Program-made: the position numbers and the translations under genes
The notes under the pieces: model-generated
Databases searched by the model: none
Told to the model about the DNA's origin: nothing
What the model saw: the letters and a program-made list of their open reading frames with translations, nothing else
Shown: positions 51,840-64,000 of the stretch, piece by piece
Layout: every line of letters begins with the position of its first letter
How positions within the stretch are numbered: the first letter of the stretch is position 1
NCBI GenBank assembly: GCA_013265495.1
Contig: MU058636.1
Span: 1,550,001 to 1,614,000 of the forward strand
Origin: Vicugna vicugna
Lineage: Eukaryota
Reading direction: 5' to 3'
Length of the DNA: 64,000 nt

Positions 51840-52740
51840 ACAATTCATTCAATATTTCTCAGTCATAAGCTGCACGCCAGGCACTGTGCCAGGGGATCGG
51901 GTCACGATGCAGAGTGACACAGACAGTCGCTGCCCTTACAGAGCTTGTCTAGTACAAGGGTACTAAGAAGCCAGTGACACAAATATGTATAAACCAATAA
52001 GAATTCATAACACATTACTAGAAAAGCATAAACAAGCAGCTTCAAAGTAAGCTTCCTTGAGAACGTGCTGTTTGAACTGAGACTTGAAGACCAAGGAAAC
52101 AGCTCATCAGAGGAATTGAGGAAAAGCTGGGAAGTCTGCAGGGATAAGATTAACACACGAAGAACCATGAACAATGTTAAGGATACGGGTCTTCATTCTA
52201 TAAACAAAAAGAAGCAACTGAAGGGTTTTAAGGAGAATGACAATGTGAGATTTGTACTTCAAAATCTTATTCTGGATGTACTGAATTAAGAATTAAAGAG
52301 ATGTCTGAAAGAATGGGAGAGTCCAGTTAAAAAGCCAGTAGATTAGTCTAAGGGAAGAAAAGATAACTTGAGCGAGGACAGTGACAGTGTGGAGGGAGAG
52401 ATTTGAGAGATTTAGGTTAGACAGATGAATTAAATACTGTGGGGAAATGAGGGTCAGAGAAAAACACATCCCAGGCTTTTAAAACAGAAAGCCAGCAGTG
52501 CCACTCACTAGGGTTTGGTGGAAGAGAGATCATGAGTTTGGATTTGGACGTATTTGAATATGATGTACCTGTAAGAGACATCCATCCAAATAGGGGTATC
52601 CAAGTCTGGTGATGACAGGACAGGTCTGCACTAGGGATACATGCTCAGGAGCCAGTAGTGTAAGGAGGCACTGAGACTATGAAAAGTAGGTATGTACTAT
52701 CATCAAGGGATAGTACAGAATGAGGAAAGAACTAAGGATC
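51840..52740 (-). mobile_element. L2 LINE 3' portion
   Basis: attcattcaatattt...gccaggcactgtgccagggg...tgcccttacagagcttgtctagt. Confidence 0.7.
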
Positions 52741-53049
52741 AGCAAACATCAATGCTTACTGATATCACATTGTGACTTGTATTTCCTAACAATAAACTTT
52801 CAGTGTGGATTTTTAAATATAGCTCGAGTAACATCTACGAAGATAATTGATCTTGATATTACTAAACTTGCCAATCTCAATATTTCACTAAAGAAACAAG
52901 AATGATTATTAGGCAGATAAGGACCAAAGAAATTCCTAAGATATAGTATACGTACAAGATTGAGATAATATAAAGGAGCCACAGAAGAAAACTATTTGCG
53001 GTGAGGTGCCTCATAAAACAAAATATATACCTGGTTGTTTCAGAGACAC

Positions 53050-53630
53050 TGTAACGTGTTCAAAACCAAATTCCAAGATCATTTCCACCAAAACTCTGTC
53101 CTCCTATAGTGAACGAGATCACCAGCCTTGCCATGTAGACACATCGTGTTTGACGCTGCCCCCTCCCTCACCTTCCGTGTCTAACACACTACAAAGTCCT
53201 ACCAACTTTACTCTACATAATTTTGTCCTGACTGACCTCTCAAGCTTTTTATTCACTGATTTCACTACTCCAATCCATAGACTTTCTATTAGTTCCTTTA
53301 AAGTGTCATGACCTGTTTTGACTCAAGACCTTTGAAAATATTTCATCTGCCTGGAATACTCTTTTCCAATATCCTCTCCTAGATAACTCTATCTTGTCTG
53401 TCAAGATGTGATTTCTTGGGGAAAAAAAAAATTCCATCTTACAACACCCTATACATTTCCATTTTAGTGCTTATCACAGTAATTATTTATTTGCATGATT
53501 ATTTACTATCTATCTTCCCCACCAGATTGGAAGCTGAATCCAGGGCCTGTGCTCTGCTCAGCATTGCAGGCTGAGCACCAAGCATACTGCCTGGCACATG
53601 GGGAATGATCAATATTTTTTAAATGAATTA
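53050..53630 (+). mobile_element. L2 LINE 3' fragment
   Basis: ctgcctggaatactctt...ccccaccagattggaagct...tgcctggcacat...caatattttttaaatgaat. Confidence 0.65.
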
Positions 53631-53811
53631 TTAATTCTAAACCACTGATAAATTACCCAGCATATATAAAGGAGGGAAAGAATTGAGGTGAGGTCTCTGA
53701 CTTCAAGTTGTGAGCTTTCAAGCTCTATGTCACACTGACTGCCTCGCATGGTTGAGACAGGAGGGGCTTGGTTGACAAAAAGAAAAAAAAAGAGGGATCA
53801 AAGGTCTAGAT

Positions 53812-54119
53812 CAACACTGTCCAATGGAAATAAAACGTGCAACACATATAATTTAGAATTTCTAGGAATGACATTAAGAAAAAAGAAACAAGTGATATTA
53901 CTTTTTTAATACCATTTTATTTAATCCAATATATCCAAAATTATATCACCATGTAATTAACATTTTTAGAAGTAATGAAGTATCTTACAGTCTTATTCCA
54001 TACTAAGTCTTTGAAATTCCACATACATTTTATATTAAAGCACATCTCAACTGGGACTAGCCACATTTCAAATGCTTAAAAACCACATACGGCTAGCAGC
54101 GACTATCCTAGACAGTGCA
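53812..54119. mobile_element. MER33-like hAT-Charlie element
   Basis: cactgtccaatggaaata...gcacatctcaactgggactagccacatttcaaatgct...ggctagcagcgactatcctagacagtg with imperfect terminal inverted repeats. Confidence 0.75.
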
Positions 54120-57100
54120 AGTGGAGGTATCTATACCTGCAAGGGGATAAAAACTGTATCTGACAGGAAGGAGCAAGACGGTCCTTCCCTCAACAAAGTA
54201 CATATGACATGGAGACATGTAAGCCTAACTGTAGAATCACTGTAAGAAAAGAAACCCTTAAGCAAGGGCTATATGTGCTGGGTGATGCACACTGGGTGAA
54301 CGGCGATGTGCAGGATGCTTCAAGCTCCTAGCAGAGTGACGGCCACAGAGCTGTCACTCAAACGGTAGTTATCACAATGATTCATGTTTGCAGTTCTACA
54401 ATTCTGTCCATTTACATTCCACAACAGAAGGCAGGAGTATAAAGTGGAAGTATTAAAGCCCTCTAGGGTGATACTCAAATTACTGAAAACAATTTACCTT
54501 CCCTCCGACCCAGATCTAACATTCTAATTGAATTCAAGGAATTTCCCCCTCCCCCATTTAGAATAAAACTGATGCACTCAACACTTCTCCAAATGAAAGC
54601 TATTCTAAGAGTGCCCACTACAAACATTAATACTGTAAAAATACAATCTATAGAATTGATGAACACTGTAAAATGCACCAAGACATTTCCAATTAGCAAG
54701 CAGATTTGTTAAACAAGTATTAATTTTTACTAAGATATTCCCTAATAACTAAGCTAATTTTTAGTAAAATTTAAAATGTACCAAACAGCTATTCTTCCAT
54801 GGTTGTACTATATTTGCAAGATCAAAGGAAACTAGAAAACGCTCCATTATCTCTTAAGTCATCATAAAGATCATGACATGTTTATTATGTTCATCAGCAC
54901 TCCCTTTAAAAAGGAATAGGCAGCTGGGTTAGGATTTACGGTTTAAAAAAAAGTTCAAATAATCTTTTTTTCTATAATTGTATCCAGCAGAGAAAACCTC
55001 TGCAGGGTAATGTTTACATGTTCAAGAGAAACACTTTTTTTAAGGTAATATAATTTAGATGAGACCAGCAAGCAAATTAAAGATGACTAAGTTACAATTC
55101 AAAAAGACCAGGAACTCAGCACAAATTTTGAGCTAATTTAAATCAAGGTACAGAACCATATGTGTTTAAAAATATGTCTACATAGATAAACACATGAATT
55201 TATATGCACAAAGCATGACTAGAGGGATATACAAAACACTCCTAACAGTGGTCAACCCCAGAGGAACTGGGCGGCTGGGATCAAGGAGTGCGAGAGACTT
55301 GTTTTTTAAGTATCTACTTTACAGGCTGACTTTTATGTGCATGGAAGTATACCGTGGCGGGGCACCTACAAAAGGAAATTAAGTAGGAAGTAGAAAGCAG
55401 CCGAGACTGGTTCTTACACACATGAAGTTAAAAAGCTAAGCAAACAAACAAAAGACCACATCAGAAATAAGAATGAAGTAGCACGCCCAAGACAATGCTT
55501 TTTCTTTACTGCTTCATCTGTCTCAAAAATAAATAAAACACAAGCCTAAATATTAAGTATCAAATTTATCTGCAAAGTGACTTCATACCACTAAAAAGGG
55601 AGAAATGCAGTGACTGCTGCGTTATGAGATCTATGTTCAAGACATTGCATAGTTTATACCTATTCTATTCAAGCTCGTTGAAACGTCCAGGGTTGTAACA
55701 CTTTTCTAAGAATCAGTTTAACATACAGCTGTAATAACACCAGCAGATACAGACAAATTTGTGTTTTCTTGTATTTACTTGCACTACTGCCGCTTAAGGG
55801 AAATCTGCTATTGCATTCTTTGTTTCTAAAAAGGTACAACATCAACTGATGAGTCATGGGTCACACTCCAAATTCTTATGTACTGAAGAAAGCAAGGCAC
55901 AAAAGTCTTACACATCGATTGTAAAGACTGTATAATCAGCTGAGTTACAAATCAAGCGTTCTTTCTAAGGTGACACCGATGATAGTTTTTGAAGAGATGT
56001 AGGAAACTTTAAAATAAAACTGCAAGGATTGATAAAATCACTTTCCCTTGTTCCCTCTCCTAATAACTGGTAGGGCTTTGTTTTCTTAATTCAGAACATA
56101 CACGACTAGTAAGTTCTGTTGAGATACTGACAGGTACAAACTCGGCAAGCTCTCAGCTTCATGAAAAGCCAAGCTATCTGAGAAGCAGTTTTCCAGATGG
56201 CTTGTTTCTCTGCTTCGTTCCTACTTTTGCTAGTTAGTCATTTCACAGTAAGAATCTCCAGGGGAGAGTATAAGAGAGCAAGAAACACAGATGACATTGT
56301 CTGTGTCTTTTCAGCAGTGTTAGTTGCAAGTTTTCTGGTGAAGACGACAAATTAATAGCTGAAATAGCTGAATCTGAGGACCAGCTATAGATTTTAGTCA
56401 CCAGTGTAACAGACCACTGAGAGGCAACCACATTGGCACATTTTCGTCCTAGCATGTGCCATTCCCTCTTCTCACCAGTCTGCTTACTGGTTTGCTGTTT
56501 ATCTTGCCCCCTTTCCCCCAGCCTGTAAACCCCACAACAACAGGGATCTCACTTGTCTTGCTCACTGCAGTCTCACCATCTAGGACAGTGTCTGGAATAT
56601 AAGAGGCACTCAATAAATTTCCAGTGGGGAGAAAGACACATCATTATTACTTAGCTATCTCAGGACCAACACAATCATGAAAATGCTGGAATTTTTTTTC
56701 CTCTTGAGACTATTCTTTACCTATAATCTATAAAAATAACTATTAACTTTTGCCTTGCCACAAAATTCTCTATGCTTAAGTTTTACTGTTTAAATATCAT
56801 ATATGCATCAAAATACAATACTTGTAATGAAACTGTAGTCTGACATCTCAATTTCTGATTTTTTCAATTTTATCAAATAGAAAGATATTCTTTAAGACAG
56901 AGATGTTCCTATTTTAAAATTGAACTAGAAATATTATTAATGACATTAAGCTTTATCTTCCAGATAGATATCTTTCCATAAATTCTAGTATACTTTGAAA
57001 CAATTTCTTTGTTTTTTATGAACATAACAATTTTGTTTTCAAAAGGTTCAAGTAACCAAAAGAGTAATACTTTATGGACACAAAGAATGGTATACTATGA

Positions 57101-57933
57101 ATAAGTATCTTAAGAACTACTTAATGGTCCACTCTGCTTTCCTCCAGAACCAGATTTGACTTCCTGCCTGCAAATCCAAACTGGCAATAAAGAAAATTAA
57201 GTCGCACTGTCACAGTTAGAAAGACTAAAATCATACTGAGCAACTTTATTACATGTAAACCTTTTATAAGAAAAAGAAGTTAATATATATTATTTAGAAG
57301 TTCACCTTGATGTTTAAGAGTACTGAGATTTTATCACCCTTCTGTAATCCTGCAAAACAGATTTATTAAAAAAAATTTTAGTCCTTTGTGTACAAAAAAG
57401 CTGCTATAGCATGAAAAAACATCCAGACTCAGAATAAATCCTGAAAGCTTTCTTAACATTATTATATACCTCAAAGACAGACAAATCATTCAAATATGCT
57501 GACAAATATATTTCATATACCTGGAAAAAGGTCAGAGACCCAGAAAATTATATCTATTTTTAACAAACTCTGAAATTAGTCTACTGAAGTATCAATTAAT
57601 GTATCTCATCTATAAATGAAAGCACAAAGCCTAAAATTAGAGAAATTAATGAGGTTAATAAATATTTCATATGAGATCTAATTGCTATGGATACTTCTGA
57701 AATCTTACTAAATGGCCCTGACAGAATGGTCTTAAAAGGCAGACTCAGCAACTAGCGGGCAACGTATTACACAGGAGGGGCATCAGATGCAGTCACGTGC
57801 AGTCCGATACCTGGCTTCTTCCCGGTCTTTTTGTTTTTTAGCTTCAGTTAGCTCTAGACTACTGATTGTTTCCATATTGGTGTTTCATAACTATAATAAA
57901 CAAAAGGGACAGAGAAATTCACACTAGAATATA

Positions 57934-58134
57934 CTAGGTTGCCCCCTGAATAACGCAGGGGGTTGGGAGCACCAATGCCCCCCAACCACCACCTCCACAT
58001 CTGAAAATCCATGAATGACTTTGCAGGGGGCCGTTAGTATCTGGAGTTCCCTAACCGCAGATCGGTGTTACTGTGGCACTATTTGTTGCCACGTTTAAGT
58101 GGGCCCACACAGTTCAAACCCCTATTGTCAACTG
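57934..58134 (-). mobile_element. MER8/Tigger2-family MITE
   Basis: Reverse-complement similarity to the element at 59576; ends gttcaaacc...gtcaactg|TA. Confidence 0.65.
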
Positions 58135-58319
58135 TATTCAGCACCATTTGAGAACTGTGTCTTAGCATAATCAATGCCATCCATCCACGAAGTAAAACTC
58201 TTCCGTATATTTCAGACCTTTCCCTTTTATTTACATAAGCTCTCAGAAATACCGTCAAAGGATTTTGTTCAGACCCTTATCTTACACCATATCCACAGTT
58301 TGACTCAAAAGAATTTAAG

Positions 58320-59463
58320 AAAATATAAAACTCCTTTAACAAAACATAGGGAAAAAACTTCATGACATTGGATTTGGCATAGATTTCCTGAATAAGACAC
58401 CAAAAGCACAGGCAACAAAAGCAAAAATAGACAAATGGGACTATATTAAACTTAAAAACTTCTGCATATCAAAGGGCACAATCAATAACATTTCACATAG
58501 GCAACCTATGGAGTGGGAGAAAATATTTGCAAATAATATATCCGATAAAGGGTTAATATCCAGAATATATAAAGAATGCTTATGAATCAACAATGGAAAT
58601 CAAATAACCCAATTAAAAAATGGGCCAAAGACTTGAACAGACATTCCCCCCAAGATGATACACATCTGTCAACAAGCATAGTGAAAAGATGCTCAACATC
58701 ACTCATCATCAAACACAAATCAAAACCACAGCGACGTATCGCTACACATCTGTGAAGATCTATTATCAAAAAAACAAGTAACAAGGTTGGTAAGGATGTG
58801 AAGAAACTGGAACCATTTAGTACTCTTGATGAGACTGTAAAATGGTGCAGCAACTATGGAAAACAGTATAGGGGTTTTCCAAAGAAATTAAAAGCAGAAT
58901 TACCACATGATCCAGCAATCTCACTTCTTGGATTGAAAGTACTGGGATCTAAAAGAACAGAAAGTAGGGTCTCAAAGAGGTATCTGCACACCCATGGTCA
59001 CTGCAGCACTATTTACAATAGCCAAGAGGTAGAAGCAACCCAAGTGTCTATCAGCAGATGAATGGATGAACAAAATGTGGTATATACATACAGTGGAATA
59101 TTCAACCTTTAAAAGGAAGGAAATCCTGTCACATACTACAACATGGATGAACCTGGAGGTCATTATACTACACTAAGTGAAATAAGCCAATTACAGAAAG
59201 ATAAATACTATATAGTTCTAATTACATGAGTTATCTAAAACAATCAAATTCATAGAAACAGAAAATAGACTGATGGTTACCAAGAGCTAAGGGGAGGGGG
59301 AAATGGCAAGCTGTTGCTACAGATAAGGAGTTTAAGTTCCGTAAGATGAAAAAGGTCTGGCGATCTCTTGTTCAGAATGTGAATAAACTTAAGACTACTG
59401 AACTGTGCACTTAAAAATGGTTAAGATGATAAATTTTATGTGATACTTTTTTTACAATAAAAA
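58320..59463 (+). mobile_element. Old L1M (L1MA/L1MB-like) 3' ORF2 and 3' UTR
   Basis: caccaaaagcacaggcaacaaaagcaaaaatagacaaatgggacta, ELPHDPAISLLG, and terminal cacttaaaaatggttaagatg...caataaaaa. Confidence 0.88.
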
Positions 59464-59575
59464 CTGAAGCAGTGTAAAATATTTTTCTGCTGAATTCTTA
59501 TTTTGGTAAGATTCCTTTCACTTCATCTACTGAAAATTTAGTATCTGCACTGAGAAAGGCTTTAAGTGTAAAATA

Positions 59576-59789
59576 CAGTTGAGCCTTAGACAACAGGGAT
59601 TTGAACTATGCAGATCCACTTATATGCAGTTTTTTTTCAACAGTAAATATTATATAGTGTGCAGCTGGTTGAATCCTCAGATACAGAGGAACTGTGGTTT
59701 GTGGAGGACTGACTGTAAGTCACATGTGGATTTTGGACTTTGCAGGAGGGTCAGTGCCCCCAACCCCCAAGTGGTTCAAAGTTCAACTG
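59576..59789 (+). mobile_element. MER8/Tigger2-family MITE
   Basis: TA|cagttgagcctt...ttcaaagttcaactg|TA, with imperfect terminal inverted repeats and a TA TSD. Confidence 0.8.
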
Positions 59790-62008
59790 TATAACCAGAT
59801 TTTCAAATACTTAATATGAAAAAAGTCAAACATCTTGTTAACAATTTTATATTGACCACATGTTAATACATTTTTAATATATTGCTTTAAATATGTTAAA
59901 TTTTAAAGTGTTTTGTTATGCTTTAAGAACAGTAACTAGAAGGAATGCGGGGCCAATGGAGCTCTGTCTTATGAATTTAGGACTGGAGCAAATTTACAGG
60001 CTGGTGGGGAAAAGCGAGCAGGAGAGATTAAATATAGAAGGGTATTAACTGACGAAGGTCTCTTAAAAGCAACTTTGAAGGAAAGGATCAAGGGTACGTG
60101 GAAAAGTCAGCCTTTAACACACCTGAGACTTATCTAGATCTGTTGGGTTGGGGAGGGACAGAAAGCTGTTAAATCAAACCAGGTGCTCAGGAACTGACCA
60201 GATTATTTGCAGCCTGCAGAAGTGGGAGCTGGATGAAGGGTCTGTGAAGGGCAAAAGTCTAGAATAATCCATGAGTGATGAAGAACAAGATGCTTATTAG
60301 GGCCAACAAAGCCCACATGTCAAAGTTCAAATGTTAAAACCATGTGGAAGAAAAGCGGCAATGGGCATAGTAAAACATGAAATAAGGAAGATAAAAGTGA
60401 AGGACTTCATTTGTTCAATAATTATTTATGTGCTTTACCTGAACAGGATTAAGAGCTCTGATAAAAGATTCATTTCTAAGACTGGCAGCCAAACTCTCAA
60501 TTTGGGGAGGTGAGTGGGGGAAGGGGTATAAATATGTATCAGACTTACTTTGCTTTTATCTGTAAAATAAATAACCAACAGAGCCTTTGGAAGCTTTATT
60601 AAATCCAAGTACACCTTATCTTACATAAGACATAGGCACTCATAACTTGGTTAGGAACATTCTTTACAATGGCCCCTATTATACTTCTAGGGCAGCTTGT
60701 TATTTAAAAGAATTCTAAGATTACTCTTTCAATAAGGAAAAAAATTAAAACCTCATTTGTTTTACATAAAAGCTGTGTGTTTTCAAGTGGACACATGACA
60801 GTTCACAGTATACTCATATATACACTACACATACTTACTACAGTATACTTGTATACATAGTTAGTTTTACTTGCCTATTGCCTATTTTCTGCACTTGTTT
60901 CTCATTTCTCCTTCCCAGTCCAATTATAGGAAGAAAATTTTCCTCCACATAATAATTTCTCCACTGAGGGCTCCTGATTATCAGAAGCAACAGTCCTAAA
61001 TCTCGAGGCTGGAAAGATAAAGGTGTAAACTATGCTCAAACCCTCTCTGCCCACAACACTTCTGTTCCCATCTTTTTCTTATCAAGTTCCTGTCTACTCT
61101 AGAGTTCTGCCAGGAAGAGGACAAAGCTAAGGCACAGCTGTCATCAGTTTAACTCTGAACAAAGGAATACCCCACATAAGTCGGCTCCTCCCTACTACAC
61201 CCAAAACTGTCCGAGTAAAAGGGAGAGAAGGAGGGAACCATGCAAATAATTACAGCAGCTGGCGCTAAAATCACTGAATCATAATGGCCATAAATTCTTT
61301 ATAGTTCCAGGATCTTCCCCCTAAGTACATGAAGTACTTTAACCTTCTCTGCTGGCTCAATTCCCTCTTCTGTTTTCCCTCTGATCAATCGTTGTTCCGA
61401 AGAGTTGGATAAGTCTGTGAGCCAACACACATCAAAGCCAATGGATCCAATTCATTTATTCAGGCATAAATTAATATTTATGGTTCTAAGTATTTGGGGA
61501 TTCTCCTTCAGTGAGCAAAACAGGATCCCTGCTTTTAGAAAGAATGCATAATGAAGGATGGAACGTACAAAACCTGCCTCTTTAAAAAACATACTAACTA
61601 GCTGCATTTATTATCATAAAGTACATTATGAACATTTACTTCTTAAAAAATTCCTCTTAAAAACTTCTCAGCAGTTAAAACACAAAACAGTCATTTCTTC
61701 TAACTCCAACCAACCAGAAAACTTAACCTTTTTTCCCCCACTGTTTTGTACTTTCTGAGGAAAAGAGACATATGACAGGAAAGCTAAAGGAGATTTATTT
61801 TGAAAATCTCCCAGGCCCCTTAACAGGGTCCTCCTAGGCCTAGCTAAGTCTTCTACAACTATAATTTTACATGCAAGATATTCACAGATATATATAAAGT
61901 TTATATATATATATATATTTACAAATACATATCTTTTAAACCAATATTGCTTCCTAAGTAAATCTATGAAATGAGACCTTTGATTCTTCTAGAAACCTTG
62001 CTGGATTC

Positions 62009-62053
62009 TGATATAGGAAGGTGGGTCTGGAGTGATATAGGAAGGTGGGTCTG
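62009..62053. repeat. Perfect 21-bp direct repeat, period 24
   Basis: tgatataggaaggtgggtctg at 62009-62029 and 62033-62053. Confidence 0.9.
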
Positions 62054-62399
62054 TAAACAAGGAAAAGTTAAATGGCTCTGCACAATAAAATTAAAAAAAT
62101 TAAAAAAAAAAACTTGGATTTTGAGGGTGAAGGAGGAACCAGAAAGGAGAGGAAGAGGAAGAAAGAAGCACACAGAACCAACCAGATTACATGAGCCTGG
62201 AGTTCCCTCGTGATGGTGACCAAAATGCATTTTAAGGAAAGAGATGCCTAATATTCAACATCAACACACCTGCCACTGCCAGAACATCATCTTCCCTTCC
62301 CCCAAATCTTCCCTAAAGCTGACCACACCCACAATGGCTTTATGTAAACTCTTGTTTTTTGGTTTTTTTTTTTCCACTCTTTCCTAACTCCTGGCAGAC

Positions 62400-63725
62400 A
62401 CACCTAGCCGACAACTGCATAACAGACTTCTCAACCAGCCGTGGACACCTTGATGGGCTGTTCCCAAACTAATTATCTTCCCTTCCCCACTCCTACCATC
62501 AATTGTTTTTAACTGCTCCTCCTCCTGTCTTCCAGTGTTCCACTAGCTCATTAATGTCATCACCACTAAAGGAACAGCTAATATTTACTGAGCACTTGAA
62601 ATGTGCTAGGTACTCTGCCAAGGGCATTACATGCGTAATTTCATTTCATCCTCAAAACCTCCTAGACAAGTACTTCATTTCCTAAATGTCAGGAAACCAA
62701 AGTTCAGTAAGGATAGTAATTCTAAGGAAAAGAGATGGAATTCAAATCCTGTCCTGACTCTACAGCCAGCTTAACCAGTATACGCCAATGCCCCCAAGTC
62801 AAAACACCTGGGAATCATCCCACTCATTAATCATCTCTAGTCACTTACTTCGTCCAACCAATTATACCTCCTAAATGCCACATCACCGTACCTCCACTGC
62901 CTTCCCACAGAATAACACCCAGCATCTACCAAGTCCTTACTTTGTACCAAGCACTATTCTAAGTAATATACATATTTTTCAAGTTTTATCCTCCAACCCT
63001 ATGAAATGAAGCATCTGAGGAAGAAAGAGGTTACAGAATGAGTGACAGACCAGACTCTAACCAGATAATGTGACCTGAGAAGCACTGAGCCCTTAAACCC
63101 TATCGTGTAACAACTTCTACTCTATCTCCCTACCTCCCATCTGGACCCCCACCATCTTTCAGACTGCTGCAGAGAGCTTTCTGGAATACAAATATTATTA
63201 CGATATTCTCCTGCTCAAAATCAGCAACTCTGTATAGTGTCTGGATAAAATTCAAATTTCTTATCTTGGCACGCAAAATCCTTCATGTTTCTGTTTAAGT
63301 CAGTTGAATAAATAGTTGAGTGCCTACCGTAAGCAAGGCAAAGCACGAAGTGCTCTGAAATGAATAATCCACCAGACCTGGCTACTACTCCAACCTCAAA
63401 CTTGTCCTTCAGCCACTCACCATAGGCAGCTCTCATAATGCAAACCTACACGCTAGTCCCTTTGCCTAGAATGTACCTGGCAAAAGCCCACACTCATCTG
63501 AAGAGTAAGTGCCTGAGGGAGGCCTTCTCTAACCAACTCCAAGCAGAAATGCTCCCTCTTTGAAGTTCCCACAGGACTTGTTTCGATTGCTTTCCGGAAG
63601 CTGGTACAGCAGAGGTACAGATCAGCTTCCAAACAAGACTAAGAGCTACTTCAAGGCAAGAGGTGACACCTGCCATCCATGCCTGGCATGCGGAAGACCC
63701 TCTATAATTTGCTGAATGAAGAAAT
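62400..63725 (+). mobile_element. Fragmented L2 interrupted by minus-strand MIR pieces (e.g. 62575-62780)
   Basis: L2 motifs (caaaacacctgggaatcatcc, ccctttgcctagaatg, catgcctggca...tttgctgaatgaa) and MIR atttactgagcactt...tcatttcatcctca. Confidence 0.55.
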
Positions 63726-64000
63726 AATGACAAGTTTATAACCTGGTGAGAAAAGGAGAGGCACAAGATACAGAATTAGGGATGCTAACACACACGTGGG
63801 CCAAATCAGAAGTGGGGTTATTCTGCTTTCGTTCCGATTTGGCTTACATTTTACCCCTAGGGGAAAACTCACATGTGGGACTTGGACAAGCTAAAAAGGC
63901 AAAACTTTTGTTATTCATGGCTGAAGTAAGCTTTGACAGGCCAGAAAGGATACTAGATCAAAGTCCATTTTCTAAAAGGGTGTGGAGGTGGGAATCAAAT

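Larger units (their letters stand above)
29295..64000 (-). other. LNX2: Probable LNX2 intron 1; the non-coding first exon and promoter probably lie beyond the window
   Basis: Exon 2 begins with a splice acceptor. Upstream there is no CpG island or other gene, only AT-rich, repeat-dense sequence. Confidence 0.65.

Noticed and set aside
1..64000. Novel multi-gene system, CRISPR array or prokaryotic operon
   Set aside because: The window is an intron-containing mammalian gene plus interspersed repeats. No repeat-spacer array or dense ORF cluster is present.

Overview
This is mammalian genomic DNA, not prokaryotic. Two copies of a tRNA-derived SINE resembling camelid Vic-1, with no Alu, BovB/Bov-A or PRE-1 seen, suggest a camelid (inference). 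The window holds the complete coding region of LNX2 (Ligand of Numb protein X 2, a RING E3 ligase with an NPAF motif and four PDZ domains) on the minus strand. It has nine coding exons, all with GT-AG introns and consistent phase: 29184-28778, 19382-19138, 17979-17780, 13150-12788, 9160-9020, 7244-7067, 5834-5603, 5141-4983 and 3373-3238, totalling 2061 nt (686 aa plus stop). A 3' UTR of about 2 kb follows. The remaining ~35 kb (29295-64000) is repeat-rich sequence, most likely intron 1, with the promoter and exon 1 probably beyond the right end. Repeats include young L1 insertions with target-site duplications (TSDs), old L1M, L2, MIR, a MaLR LTR and Tigger/Charlie DNA-transposon relics. I found no CRISPR-like or new multi-gene system. 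The most unusual items are: (i) a single TSD-bounded L1 in which the ORF1 end is fused straight to the last part of ORF2 at a splice-compatible junction; (ii) a neighbouring 5'-inverted L1 that forms an inverted pair with it; (iii) a local AT-to-GC/CpG shift across the 3' half of LNX2; and (iv) a candidate E-box/FOX/CRE intronic enhancer. Repeat family names and comparisons with human LNX2 come from recalled sequences, not database searches.
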